Positions 50,862-64,000 of a stretch of 64,000 nt of DNA are shown one piece after another. Both the position numbers and the translations under genes were made by a program. The notes below the pieces were generated by a model, which had not been told where the DNA came from, searched no databases, and saw only the letters and a program-made list of their open reading frames with translations. The stretch comes from Phoronis australis (Eukaryota > Animalia > Phoronida). The first letter of the stretch is position 1, and each line of letters starts with the position of its first letter. Location of the stretch: the NCBI GenBank assembly GCA_002633005.1, contig NMRA01000167.1, forward strand, positions 426,460 to 490,459, written 5' to 3'.

Positions 50862-51186
50862 CTAAAAACCATGTTTCATTTTTTGCTTTATAATACCAAG
50901 CAAGTCCTCTCTCTCGGTTGTAAACACAGCGTAGCTGTGATCAGTAACCGTGTGACCGAGGGCACGACTGTCGTCATGTTCAGTATTGGGGCTATCGGCG
51001 TTGATTTCGAAATCTCCTCCGGTTTCAGACAAGTTTATAGTTCTTGGGTTGCTTAAATTTTGTAGCTTTCGCCGTGGATGTGCTAGAGACGTTAATTTTA
51101 AGAGGAAACTCCGTCGGAATGTTGTTCTCATACGTCTTTTTTCCACCAGGAAAATGCTCGCTGCACACACGATGGCCCCTAGGCAA
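50862..51186 (-). pseudogene. Frameshifted THAP-domain remnant (THAP11-like or transposon-derived) with HCF-1-binding motif
   Basis: 51177->51025 reads GHRVCSEHFPGGKKTYENNIPTEFPLK (second half of a THAP domain; frame absent from the ORF track). A shifted frame gives TDHSYA at 50942-50931. Confidence 0.7.
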
Positions 51187-51313
51187 TTACATCGCACTGG
51201 ATGCCGCAGGCATTCAGGGGCGATAGCACATCCTCCCAAAAAGTTACTCATTTCAAAATACAGCAAATAAAATCAAATGAACCATACATATAGGAACACG
51301 GAGTTATAATTAN

Positions 51314-54300
51314 GGGGTACACTTGTAGACAGGAGACGGTCTAATTGTAAGTGGCGAGTCAAGACATCACTCCACAGTCAATTGTAACTTGTAGAAATAT
51401 CAATGCGGACATCATCTTATGATCAAGAGACTGACTGTACCTTCCGTGTGCGAAATGGATACGTGCACTGGGGATATCCTAGACTGTCTAATTGTAAGTG
51501 GCGGTTCAAGTCATCCCTCTACAGTCAATTGTAACTTTTAGAGATCTCAACCTGGACATCGACTGGAGATCAAGAGATTGAGTGCGACCTTCCGTGGGCG
51601 AAATGGGCACGTGCACATGTGTGAACCCTTTCAGACCGAAAACGGCCTAATTCTAAGAAGGGTGTCAAGACATCACAGTACAGTCACTTGTAACTTTAAG
51701 AAATATCAATGTGGACATGATCTTAAGACCAAGAGACTGACTGCTACCTCACGTGTTCGAACTGGGAACGTGCACTGTTATATCCTAGATATTCTAATTG
51801 TAAGTGGCGGATCAAGTCATCACTCTACAGTGATTTGTAAATTTTAGAGATCTCAGCTTGGACATCGTCTTGAAATCACGAGACTGAGTGCTACCTCCCG
51901 TATGCGAAATGGGCACGTGCACGGGAGTACACTTTTAGACAGAGGACGGTCTAACTGTAACTGGCGGATCAAGACATCACTCTACTGTCATTGTATCTTG
52001 ATGAAATATCAATATGGACATCATTTTATGATCAAGAGACTAACTGTACCTTCCGTTTGCGAAATGGGCACGTGCACTGGGGTAACCTAGATGCTCTAAT
52101 TGTAAGTGGCGGATCAAGACATCACTCCACAGTCAATTGTAACTTTTAAAAATCTCAATGTTGACATCGTCTAATGATCAAGAGACTGACTGTTACCTTC
52201 CGTGTGCGAAATGGGCACGTGCATGGGGGTACACTTTTAGACAGAAGACGGTCTAATTGTAAGTGGCGAGTCGAGACATCACTCCACAGTCAATTGTAAC
52301 TTTTAGAAATATCAATGCGTACATCGTCTTGTGATCAAGAGACTGACTATACCTTCCGTGTGCGAAATGGGTACGTGCACTGGGGATACCCTAGACGGTC
52401 TAATTGTAACTAGTGGTTCAAGTCATCACTCTACAGTCAATTGTAACTTTTAGAAATATCAATGCGGAAATCATCTTATGATCAAGAGACTGACTGTATA
52501 GTACCTTCCGTGTGCGAAATGGGTACGTGCACTGAAGATACCCTAGACTGTCTAATTGTAAGTGGCGGTTCAAGTCATCACTCTACAGCCAATTGTAACT
52601 TTTAGAGAACTCAACCTGGACATCGTCTGGAGATCAAGAGATTGAGTGCGACCTTCCGTGTGCGAAATGGGCACGTGCACACGTGGGTACCCTTTCAGAC
52701 AGAAGACGGTCTAATTCTAAGAAGGGTGTCAAGACATCACTCTACAGTCCCTTGTAACTTTAAGAAATATCAATGTGGACATGATCTTAAGATCAAGAGA
52801 CTGACTGCTACCTCACGTGTGCGAACTGGGCACGTGCACTGTGTAACCTTTTAGACAGAGGACGGTCTAACTGTAAGTGGCCGTTTAAGACATCTTATGA
52901 TCAAGAGACTGACTATGCATTCCGTGTGCGAAATGGGCACGTGCACTGGAGTATCCTAGATGTTCTAATTGTAAGAGGCGGGACAAGTCATCACTCTACA
53001 GTCATTTGTAACTTTAGAGATCTCAACTTGGACATCGTTTTGTGATCAAGAGACTGAGTGCTACCTCCCGTGTGCGAAACGGGCACGTGCACGGGGTTAC
53101 CCTTTTAGACAGAAGACGGTGTAATTGTAAGTGTAATCAAGATATAACTCTACAGTCAATTGTGACATTTAGAAATCTCCATGTGGACATCTTGTTATGA
53201 TCAACAGAGTGACTGTGCCTTAAGTGTGCGAAATATGCACGTGCACGGTGGTACCCTTTTAGATAGAAGTCGGTCCAATTGTAAGTGGCGGATCAAGACA
53301 TCACTCTTAAGACAATTGTTACTTTTAAAAATCTCAAAGTCGACATCGTCTTGTGATCAAGAGACTGAGTGCTACCTCACGTGTGCAAACTGCGCACGTG
53401 CACAAGGGTAACCTTTTAGACCGAGGACGGTCTAATTGTAAGTGACGGAACAAGACATCACTCTACTGTTAAAAGTAACTTTCAGAAATATCAATGTGGA
53501 CATCATCTTATGATCAAGAGACTGACTGTACCTTCCGTGTGCGAAATGGGCACGTGCTTGGAGGTACAATTTGAGACAGAAGACGGTCTAATTGTAAGTG
53601 GCGAGTCAAGACATCACTCTAATGTTAAAAGTAACTTTCAGAAATGTCAATGTGGACTTCAGCTTATGATCAAAAGACTGACTGTACATTCCGCGTGCGA
53701 AATGGGCACGTGCACTTTGGGTACCCTAGACCGTCTAATTGTAAGTGGCGGTTCAAGTCATCACTCTACNTGACGGATCAAGAAATCACTCTAAAGACAA
53801 TTGTTACTTTTAAAAATCTCAAAGTCGACATCGTCTTGTGATCAAGAGACTGACTGCTACTTCACGTGTGCAAACTGCGCACGTGCACGGGAGTACCGTT
53901 TTAGATAGAAGACGGTCTAATTGTAAGTGGCGGATCATGGCATCGCTCTACAGTCAATTGTAACTTTTAAAAATCTCAATATGGACATCATCTTATTATC
54001 AAGAGACTGACTGTACCTTCCGTGTGCGAAATGGACACGTGCACTGGGGTATCCTAGATGTTCTAATTGTAAGTGGCTTATCAAGACATCTCTTCACTCT
54101 CAATTGTAACTTTCAGAAATCTCAATGTGGACATCGTCTTGTGATCAAGGGACTGACTACTACCTTCCGTGTGCGAAATGGGCACGTGCACGGGAGTGCC
54201 GTTTTAGATAGAAGACGGTCTAATTGTAAGTGGCGGATCAAGGCATCGCTCTACAGTCAATTGTAACTTTCAGAAATCTCAATATGGACATCGTCTTGTG

Positions 54301-55132
54301 ATCAAGAAACTGACTACTACCCGCCGTGTGCGAAATGGGCACGTGCACGGGGGTGCCGTTTTAGACAGAAGATCGTCTAATTGTAAGTGGCTGATCAAGA
54401 CATCACTCTACAGTCAATTGTAAATTGAAGAAATATCAATGTGGACATCATCTTATGATAAAGAGACTGATTGTACCTTCCGTGTGCGAAATGGGCACGT
54501 GCACGGGGTTTCCTTTTAGACAGAAGACGGTCTAATTGTAAGTGGCGCAACAAGACATCACTCTACAGTCAATCGTAGTTTTAAGAGATCTCAATATGGA
54601 CATCGTCTTATGATCACGAGACTGACTGTAAGTTCCGTGTCCGAAATGGTGTACCCCAGACGGTCTAGTTGTAATTTGCAGATCATGTCATCACTCTACA
54701 GTCATAGCTTTCTTTTAGAGATCTTAACCTGTACATCGTCTTGTGATCAAGAGGCAGACTTCTACCGTCCGTGTGCGAAATGGGCACGTGCACGGAGGTA
54801 CCCTTTTAGACAGAAGACGGTCTAATTGTAGATGGCGGATGTGGACATCGTCTTATGATCAAGAGACTAACTGGTACCTTCCGTGTGCGAAATGTGCACT
54901 TTCACGGGGGTACCCTTTTAGACAGAAGAGGCTTTAATTTTAAGTGGCGGATCACGACATCATTCTACAGTCAATTGTAACTCTTAGAAGTCTTAATTTG
55001 GACATCGTCTTGTGATCAAAAGACTGACTGTTACCTTCCGTGTGCGAAATGGGCACGTGCACGGGGGAGGACCATTTTAGACAGAAGACGGTCTAAATGT
55101 AAGTGGCGGATCAATACATCACTCTACAGTCA
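51314..55132. repeat. Satellite B, block 3
   Basis: About 25 long (~156) and short (~147) monomers; N at 53770. Confidence 0.97.
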
Positions 55133-58100
55133 GAAAACGCGTGGTACCTTCTAAAGTAAAACAACTGTGTTACGAGAATTTTCGCACTTTTAAATTGTAA
55201 CTTTTAAAAATCTGAATGTTTAGTTTGATATACATATAGAATCTATATTTACATTTTTACAACCTCCAATATTAATCATAGTTTACTTTTATCATTAATG
55301 TATACATACAAGTTGTTTGTAAATAACTACTGCAAAAATCAATAAATTGTTATATATTACGATCTTATCTTTCGTGTGTACATGTATGCTTCGCGGCACT
55401 CCATTCGCGGCTGGGTATCTCGATCAGTTGGGAAGGGTACGCTGTTCATAATTTTTGGCAAACATTGAAGAACTTATACCGTTGATTTCTTATGTCTGTC
55501 TTCTAGTCGTATGTCAAGTGTGTGATTAGTAAATTTCTGTTTCATTTCCTCGTTCCCGACTTGTTTTACGGTGCCCCCCTCTCTGTCCCCTCTCCCAGTC
55601 TCTCTGCCATAAGTTCCTGGCTTTTAATTTGATGATTTTATGTAGACCTGTACGAGTGTACGCTGACACTTGCCCTTTTTACTCATACTCTTGCAAGTTC
55701 AAACTCTGACCCAATAAAAACATTGGCTTTACCATATATGTCGCTATTGAGGAGCCAACCATGGGCCTAGATGAGCATCGACCTTGACATTGACTGCAAG
55801 TTCAAAGCTAAAGAGGTAATAAATACCATTGGAATAAGTTCCAAAATTCCCCTAGCGCACTTCAACAAGCGCCCGTCGTCCGTTGAAATCCATAGCCTAG
55901 TCCATTTATGCTTAAGATTAGTGAGTCAGTATGTGCTGCATAATCTTCGCTTTTTAGTTGGCAAAGTGATCCCCGGCCGTTGGTTAGCTGGAGTTAATTG
56001 TTGCGCATACCTCTCTGGTACATTATCACATGTTAAGTTGACCACTCGTGCGGCATTATAGTCATAGCTCCTCGACCGAACTGAGCAATAGATGTTTTGA
56101 ATACTGTGAGAATACTGCTTTAATACCAGATTGCAATCAATATGACTTGTCCATCTGCATCAAAGAAGTTTCGCAGTCATATTAGGTGTAAGTTCAAAGG
56201 AACCGACAGTTCCTTCAAAACACTAAGCCCATTAAATTTCAAATCACTCCGCCGTGATCTATCATTCTGAAGGAATAACAAGCTACCAGTTCTGAGGCAC
56301 TGATCACTTCTAAACTGAGTGAGGAACAAGACCAGGCCGATTTACAACGATGAATGACCTAAATGCGCCTTTCTTGGCAACAAGGAAACAACGCATACAG
56401 GTTGTCATCGTTAGTCCAGTCTATTGTTACTTCCCCTGTCACTGACTGTGTCTGTGTTTCATTGACTTGTTGCCCTTTTTTTCTTCTGAGCCATTTTTTA
56501 ATAAACGCCGAAATATGTCAAGTCGGTTTTATTGACACATGTTGCTACTTGCTATCACGGAAACCTTTCTTTCACCAATGTAGGTGACATATTTCACGTA
56601 AAGCTGCATCTGTCGCTAAGCAAATATACTTCGTGGATTCTCAATTGAATGAATCTTTTCACTGTTTGCAGAGTGCCGCTTTCTACATGAAGTGTCATCA
56701 AACTGTTTTACAAGGAGAAAAATTCTGTTGTAGCAGAAGCACTGTGGTTGGGAGGACATCCTTCGCGAATCATTATGACATAATCCTAGCTATATCAAAG
56801 TTGCATTTAACTCCGGGGTTTAGTTAACTAAATCCAAAATTGAATTAAGGCCTTTTACTTTCACAAAGTCGGTCTCATAGCCGTTACCAAAATCATCAGC
56901 AACTAAAAAAAGGGATTAGAATTTATTGGGATTGACCTACCCGAAAATTGGGAATTCCAAAATATTGCGTAGCATAGCATTGCGTTTTACTTGCGTTGCA
57001 GGCTCATTCGGCTATTGTTGTTTTCTGCCGATTTTTAATAAACTTGTTAACATGAAAAACTGTGTTTAAATCACATAAAATACAAGAATAAATGTTTAAA
57101 ACGACAAAACAAGCTGTTCAATTGAAAACTAGAGTAGACAGCCTGCGTCAGTGGTCAGAGAGCAGGTTAACCACTTTTCTACTTTATGGAACCGTGTGGC
57201 CTTTAAAATTGTTTTTGGGATGGTAGTAAAAAGGCTTGTAAATGTTTGAAACTGAAGTGTTTTTGTGAATGTAAACAATCCGAAATTTTCATCCACTTCT
57301 TACTCAGTAGCTCAGCCCCCGAAATGTCAGCACCCATGCCTCCCCCCGCCGGCTACAAGTACTAGTAGGTCCAGCCTCAAATTACGTCATCGTCAACCAA
57401 TTCCCGGGAGTGATGCCATGAAATTTACGATTCTTATGACAATCTCATAACTAAGTCGGAACAGTTATTGCCTTTGCCTCTATATTGGATGCAGGAAAGT
57501 AGCCTAGAATGCCACTTCAACAGTCATTCTTTATTTGCATTTTAACAACATACAAAAGGTTCGGGGCGTTCGAATACATTATCTGCGCGTGATACGGTAT
57601 AGTTTTGCACCACAAGTGTCCTCTAAGGCGAACCAGTTTACCAACGATATGTACTGTCGTGACGGAATCGCGAACAGACGTCACCACCAACGAGTTAACC
57701 TCTCACTCCCCTTGTCATAAATCGTCATCTTACCCTCTTCTCAACTGAGTCGGATAGCGTAAAGTGAACGTATATGTAGCACCGCGGCGTACTGGTAGGC
57801 CCTACGGCTGATCAATCACAGTACCACAGAAGACGGAGGTCGATTGTCTCATGGCGAGTTTGGGCCACAAATATTGACACAGAGTATGGAAAAGATAGGC
57901 CTAGTAATACATTTTGTCCCCTATTATTATAGAACAATTGTCGAAAAATGCGAAACGACGGGGGAGCACTAGGGACGTGATCCGCGCTGTCCGCGGCCAA
58001 ACTTAAGTATGGACTTTCGTCATATCTCATCCCCTCGACGATATATGATTTCTGACATCTTCCAATATGATGTTGTCATGTCTTGCCGCCGATCCGGTGT

Positions 58101-59918
58101 GCACTGAGGCGCACCCTACTGGTAGAGCCTACCGTAGAGCGGCGCCAGAGCCGATCAATCACACCTGAGACTGCCTGCATGGTCCCAAAATACTTCGGGG
58201 AAACTGGTCAGTTCCTAATTGGTCCATTTCATATGCTCAGGAATTTGCGTTTAAAAGCTGATGTAATAGAACGCAACAGATAACGTGGTGTTTATTCTGA
58301 AGAATATAAATGAATGGCCAAATTACTGATCATTTTCAATAAAAATGTTCACGAAAAATCGAAAAATTTGTAAACAAAAATATCACGTGACAGGTGAACA
58401 CAGATTTCTCAAATCTGTTGTAGTAGTATTGCATGTGCGATTTATCTGGTTTTACTGGAAGGATAACTTTATTGTTAATTATTTTTTAGTAGAAAGATTC
58501 ATTATTTGGCTACATTTTTGATTTAGTTTTATTGTCGCGGAGCTTTTTTGAATGTAAAACAAATACTAAAACAGGGATAAAGAGCAAGCTAGCTTTGCTT
58601 AAGACAAATAATAATAGGCACCCGTCAGCGCTACCAAATTTCCCGAGCTGTCTTCTCAACAAACAGGTAAAATTTCTCTGTGCTCGTTTCTATCTATGCT
58701 TCATAAAGGCCCATTAAGCCGTGCCACCTGTAACTGAAAACTACACATGATGCAAATACAGTCCATGAGGCCGCTGTCATTCGTGTCATTATCTTGAATT
58801 TGAGATCAGCTCAGCTGTGGTAAGGAATTTTTACGATCAGAACCTGGCTGAGGTATTGTGTTCGTGTCTGAACTTCAATCTAGGAAGACGAGCGTAATGC
58901 AGAGATATGCTCTCCTTGATCTGTAATATACAAAATTTGTGATTGACAATTGGGACTACTCTTGTATGAGTATACTAAGAAAGCCACAGGTAACTAGTCT
59001 CATTTTGTTCCTGGTTGGAATCGAAACCACAGTCAAAGGAGAACCAGTACTAGTTGGATGTAGCGGACCCATTTTAAGCCATCATAACTTCCTCAGTTTT
59101 AATCTAGAATCATAATTTTACCATCTGCATATAGGAATTCTTCTGTGGTGTCCATTTTGTCTTACCACTGCTACTCTATTTTTAAATAATCGACTTTGAA
59201 GTTATTTTGTCTACTGTGTATAGTTGGCAACGCGTTTCAGTAGACGCCATCAAGATTTAACTGACACCTAGTGGTGTCCATTAACTGGGTAAGGAGTCAT
59301 CCATTGTAATGTTAGTAATAATCTTCCCTGCAAAGCTAGTGAAGTGCTCTCTGACTTTTGATGGCAATTCATTTAAAATTGAATGTGCAAGGACCATTCC
59401 ATGCAGTTAAGAAATAGTTCATACTAGGGTATTAGCCAGGAATTTGATGTTTACCCTCCCGAAAACTTTTATTTTTGTCCTCGAGAGACGAGAGGAAGCA
59501 TTGTCCTTGATTTCTGCGGTATAAATTTGGTTCGCTTAAGTTGTTAATATATGAGTTGAACGTGACACACTAATTTGCCCTAACGTTTCTCCGATGCATG
59601 CAGTGCGCAACTGGGTTGAGGGATAGAATTCTCTATGAATATTCTATTTGTGTCAAATGCGCCGGCGCTTAATTGCCGACCTTGGGAACGAATGCTCGCA
59701 AACGGCTTTTCCAGCTGCTGTTTTTGCTACGCCCAATCTATCACAGTTAGCTAGTTTTTGTGCGTGCTGTAACCCATTCTTTGTAGTGCTTAGACAGTGG
59801 AAACTATAACCCCTTTCTGAACGATGACGATGAACATTAGTGGTGGGTCCAACGGCCTATTTGGCCGCTTACCTTTCGTTGAGGCACAAGATTCAAATCT
59901 GAAAGTTTTAAGCAGTGA

Positions 59919-60470
59919 TTTTTTATTTATTTATTTATTGTGATATTTAAAATGAGGGTGACCTCTTCAGTGATAGCACTGCTTTTCAAGAGGGCCCTCA
60001 ACAACAAAAACAGTAATATAATACAATGAAGTAAGAAAACAACAATTAAATATACGTGAAAAAGATGCAATTAAAACAGGTTGAGAATTAAGACAATAAA
60101 TAAATGACAAACAATGGTGAAAATTTAACTAAGAGAGATGAAATGACTCTAAACAGTGAGAGTATTTATGACAATGAGAAAAAAATGACATGATTAAAAA
60201 GGTAAATTACAGCCACTTTTTAATATCAAGTTTAAAAGTATTTATTGAATTGGAACGTTTAATTTCAGGGCTAATATAATTCCATATTGTAGCAGCAGCA
60301 TAGATAAAAGATCTCTTGCAGGTCTCGGTTTTAATTTTTAAAGAGAAACTATTCCAGCGACAAAACAACCTGTACAATATACAGCTTGACTGCTATTGCA
60401 TTTTCCGCTGAGATATGCTGGAGCCAAGCCATTGATACATCTGTATATGCAACAGGCATTAAAGCATAAG
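59919..60470 (-). mobile_element. 5'-truncated CR1/L2-group LINE 3' end
   Basis: IYRCINGLAPAYLS then KTETCKRSFIYAAATIWNYISPEIKRSNSINTFKLDIKKWL-stop (60207-60209); 3' UTR with GAGGG...CCCTC stem and (TAAA)n tail. Confidence 0.85.
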
Positions 60471-60881
60471 TCACAGTTAGTTATACGTATGATATTGCCT
60501 ATCCACACTTTCATGGAATTGGGAGTGCCAAATGAAATTTTCCCTGATGGCGCCATGTGAAACTTTTCATCTGTACTGCTGTCAACCAAAGGTGGGGATG
60601 CTGACAACTACACTAACAATGACAACCATGACACCGACATCAACGGTGGCACTATTAGTGTTGCCAATGGCACCGATGACAAGGCCGGTGTCGTTGCCCC
60701 AAAATAGACTTCTGATGATTATACCATTGTCTTGCTAACGCTTTCAACTATTAGGACAATTCTGCCATGGATGATGAGAGTTTAGACGTTCATAGGTGCC
60801 TTAAATCTGTTGACACATAAGTGACCTTGACTGATGTCTGAATCCTTCCATTTTTCCTTGGCCAGGTATGAGGTAGGGACC

Positions 60882-60941
60882 ATGGCGGACAAGCCAAGTG
60901 ATAACGAGGACAGCTGGACTCTTGTTGGCGAGCAAGATGAG
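60882..60941 (+). CDS. Acidic protein coding exon 1
   Basis: Acceptor at 60864-60865, Kozak ATG, donor GTATGT, phase 0. Confidence 0.75.
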
Positions 60942-63434
60942 GTATGTTGCTTCGTTTGAAAGTTCACTGCACGCATATTTCTGGTTCCAAGGTGGATGTG
61001 CATGTAGACTACACACCAAAAGTGGTCATGTATGGTGACCCAGAAATCATCATCCTGGCAACTGAGCATATGCAGAATTCACTGGCATAGTAAATATCAT
61101 TTCCAGGAAGGACGGAAGGGTGTAAAAAGCTTTCAACTGAAGGAATATGAGAAGGTATTAGAGCCTCTGCAATGACCAGTCATCATTGTGGAACTAGCCG
61201 TCATGACGGGGAAATGGTTTTTATATACTTCGTAAAAATCTCACCAATTTTTGTTGCAAATGACTGCCAATTTTTTGTTCATTTTTCGAATGGTTATTTA
61301 AATAACATTGTTTTGAATGTCCACGATTTGTCAGAAACATTGTCTGAAGGTAGATACTAGTATGGCATTTACCTTTAAAATGATGTCAAGTATTTATTTG
61401 TTGCTGATTATCTTTTATTAAAGAAACGAAACATAAATTTCACTTGTTGGACATATTGTGTCTTAAACTGATGATATATTACCCGAGTTCCTCTTGCAGT
61501 CGTGGAATTGTTTAATTCCATGACTATTTCATGGTGAAAAGTTTCCCCCACAAAGAAAACCTTGTTTTTAAATTTTTAAACTTGAAGCTGAAACTTCAAT
61601 AGGAGGCCCAGGAATGACTGGCCAACCTGTTTAAAAGGCTGACCACTTGCATAAATCTGCTTTAGCCTGTTCTAAAATAGTTGCTTTTGATTTTTTTTAA
61701 AGAATTTGTCAGTTTAAAACGAGATTTAGTTCACAAAAGGTGTGCTAAGTCTCCCCATTTAGGACTCAATATATCGCAGACAAAGTGAAATTGTATTTTC
61801 TCATTTTTCCATAAAAGCACCATATTAACGCTATTCCATGTTAGAGTTGTAACTTCCATCAACAGTATTTTGAAAAAAATTGGCATCCACAGTAATACTA
61901 GAACACGTTAAATTAAAAACTGGTTATTATATTTGACTGAAACTGTTGAGATCTTAATTCCCAATTAGAAGTTGTTGCATGTCCTGCATCATACATGGTC
62001 TCCACAATTACAGAGTGAAGACAGCTGCAACAGTATAGAATGTGTCCAAGTGATTAACAAGTCTCTCTCTGTGAGTTACCATAGAGACTCTAGCTACTGT
62101 GGAAACACTGTGGAAGGTGCTCCCATCTGTGGAGAGGAAGTGGAAGCTGAGCAAGGACAGCTGAAGGACCAGGCTGGAGGTGACTGTGTCACTATGGAAA
62201 CAACTGAAGACGGAAAAGGTCACTTGGGTGAGTTTAACCGAATTTTTATTTAAACTGTGCTGTTTAGCAGGGTTCAATCTGAATTATGGAATTTTGACCT
62301 GCAAATTTGTACCATATGAGTTCACTTAATAACTCAACTGGAAATTGATCATGGTTAACCTAGCTTTCAAGTAATTTTCGACCATCAAAATGAAGGGCTT
62401 ATCAATTGTGCAAAACCTTTGAGATTTTAAATATTATGTTTCCGATACAGGATCTCTCTGTTACACCAAGTGTTCATTTAAGATTGCATTCACTTCGTTA
62501 TGAGTCACTATGCCAAATTTCTAGATGATTGTGGAGAACCAAAATTGAGTTGAATTTAAGTCCAATATTTCTGCTTTGTATATAGTTCATGCTAAAAACC
62601 ATGGAAAACACTGGGAAAATTCCGGGTCCACAGCAAAGGTTCCGTCAATCGAACATTAGGTAATACGAGAATGATTTTGGGTGATGCAGAAAAATCACGA
62701 CTTAGCTAGCTATTGCATTGTAGTCAGTCGTTCACCTGAAAATTTAGTGCGGATTTAACTGTAATCAAGCTTTTTCGTAACCCAACATACTTAGATTTTT
62801 TGTGTGTCCAGCCGACGTATTTTTGACATTTAGAAAAACCATTGTCATTCCCACCATGCAATCAATCAATCCCAAAATCACCCATTGAACAACGATAGAT
62901 TTTTGCATTTATTTCTCAGTTGTCAAAAAAGCATATTAAAATTATGAATTTTACAAGTCTAAATTGCAGCACTTCGCATGGGGAGACTATTGGCTATGGT
63001 CCCAGTTCTCGGAATTTTGTGTTTTTTGCTCTTAACTTGATTGGTTCTTCATCGGTTGACGTTGGCAGTTTTGTCTTGACCTCCATCACCACTGTCTTCT
63101 TCTTGACCTTGAATTGAAGCCTGATCTTTTTTACAGGGAGTGCTAAATTTTGTGAGCCAGATGGCCATCTGCTTGTTGACAACTTGTCTAGCAGTCCATC
63201 CAAACACGTCAGTGCCGAGTCAGAGGGCGCTACTTGTGCTGAAGTCATTGGCCATTCGCAGGATGACCCCTCGCCAGGCGCTGTTGTCTCCCATGATGGC
63301 CAGTCTAGTCAAGTTAGCGTGGAGTCAAGGGGTGTCGCTTGTCTTGAGACGAGCAGCCAATCACAACCTGCCAGCATGTTTTCCCGTCTTGGCCAGGGCC
63401 ATCAAGACAGCATAGAATCTGACGACAGTGACAG
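60882..63434 (+). CDS. 5' part of a spliced gene for an acidic/Ser-rich protein with N-terminal LIR-like motif (possibly CCPG1/PBXIP1 family); continues beyond the window
   Basis: Phase-consistent exons 60882-60941, 62014-62227, 63137-63434; ACCATGG start context; MADKPSDNEDSWTLVGEQDE. Confidence 0.75.
62014..62227 (+). CDS. Acidic protein coding exon 2
   Basis: SEDSCNSIECVQVINK...EDGKGHL; TACAG acceptor, GTGAGT donor, phase 0-1. Confidence 0.8.
63137..63434 (+). CDS. Acidic protein coding exon 3
   Basis: SAKFCEPDGHLLVDNL...QDSIESDDSD; TTTTTTACAG acceptor, GTAAG donor, phase 1-2. Confidence 0.82.
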
Positions 63435-64000
63435 GTAAGACCCTTTGCATTGCTTCTAATCCAGGGTCTGAAATCTGACCTCAAACTCATAATTTACTAT
63501 TTATTTTTATTTTTTGTTCCACTTAATTAACATGAACTCGAGAAAAGTGTGTTTGATAATACACTACGGTAAGGGTAGAGATGAAGTACTCATTTATTCG
63601 TAATTGGTGAACTTAACTCTGAAGCAACAACGTTGACCTTGAATTCAAGGTCACAAACATGGGTTATATTCTCATCTGCATATTGTAAGCAAGAATCTGC
63701 ATGATCACAGAAGCAAAGACACTTAATTTCTGTCAAGAGGGATAGAAAGCATACAAAAGTTGGGAGTTTGAGTAAATGGATTCCATACATAGAATTTTTT
63801 CCAATTTGACTTTTTCCATACAGTTAGTCTCAAAATAAACTAGACAGTGTTGTAATTTGACAGTTTTTACCCACAAAACAGCAACTAGATATCGTTGATG
63901 TTGTATTAATTGCTGACTGAAATTTAAGGAAAGTACTATTTTGTTGTGACAAGATTTCATTTGATTTTACTGACCAATAATTCTGGTCGGATGTCCCTTC

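Noticed and set aside
35389-55132. Recurrent 60-120 aa ORFs in the satellites (e.g. MSLGHSWALTKAKKS..., MRNGHVH...) and possible CRISPR-like periodicity
   Set aside because: Frames break at variable homopolymer runs between copies. Units are contiguous tandem monomers with no unique spacers and no cas genes.
55740-56600. Short ORFs right of satellite B
   Set aside because: No recognisable motifs on either strand and frequent stops.

Overview
Eukaryotic genomic DNA: GT-AG introns, AT-rich, with a repeat complement resembling a marine invertebrate (species not determinable from sequence). The left half holds two head-to-head spliced genes reconstructed by hand with phase-consistent exons. One is a 12-exon, 400-aa minus-strand protein with RING, coiled-coil, putative ubiquitin-like and UBR-type zinc-finger regions (CDS 16104->4698). 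The other is a 10-coding-exon, 687-aa FAM172A/ARB2A orthologue with long acidic N- and C-terminal extensions (CDS 18749->28984). Their introns carry several MITEs and hairpin elements. From about 35.4 to 55.1 kb lies a satellite block with a ~670-bp and a ~147/156-bp family, both showing higher-order structure. The block also contains a young tRNA-derived SINE with a 14-bp TSD, a Helentron-like terminus, a THAP-domain remnant and seven single-N assembly joins. An RTE LINE remnant precedes it and a CR1/L2-type LINE 3' end follows it. The right end holds the first three coding exons of an acidic protein with an N-terminal LIR-like motif, possibly CCPG1/PBXIP1-like. No prokaryotic systems, CRISPR arrays or rRNA were seen. 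Most short ORFs in the supplied track are spurious.
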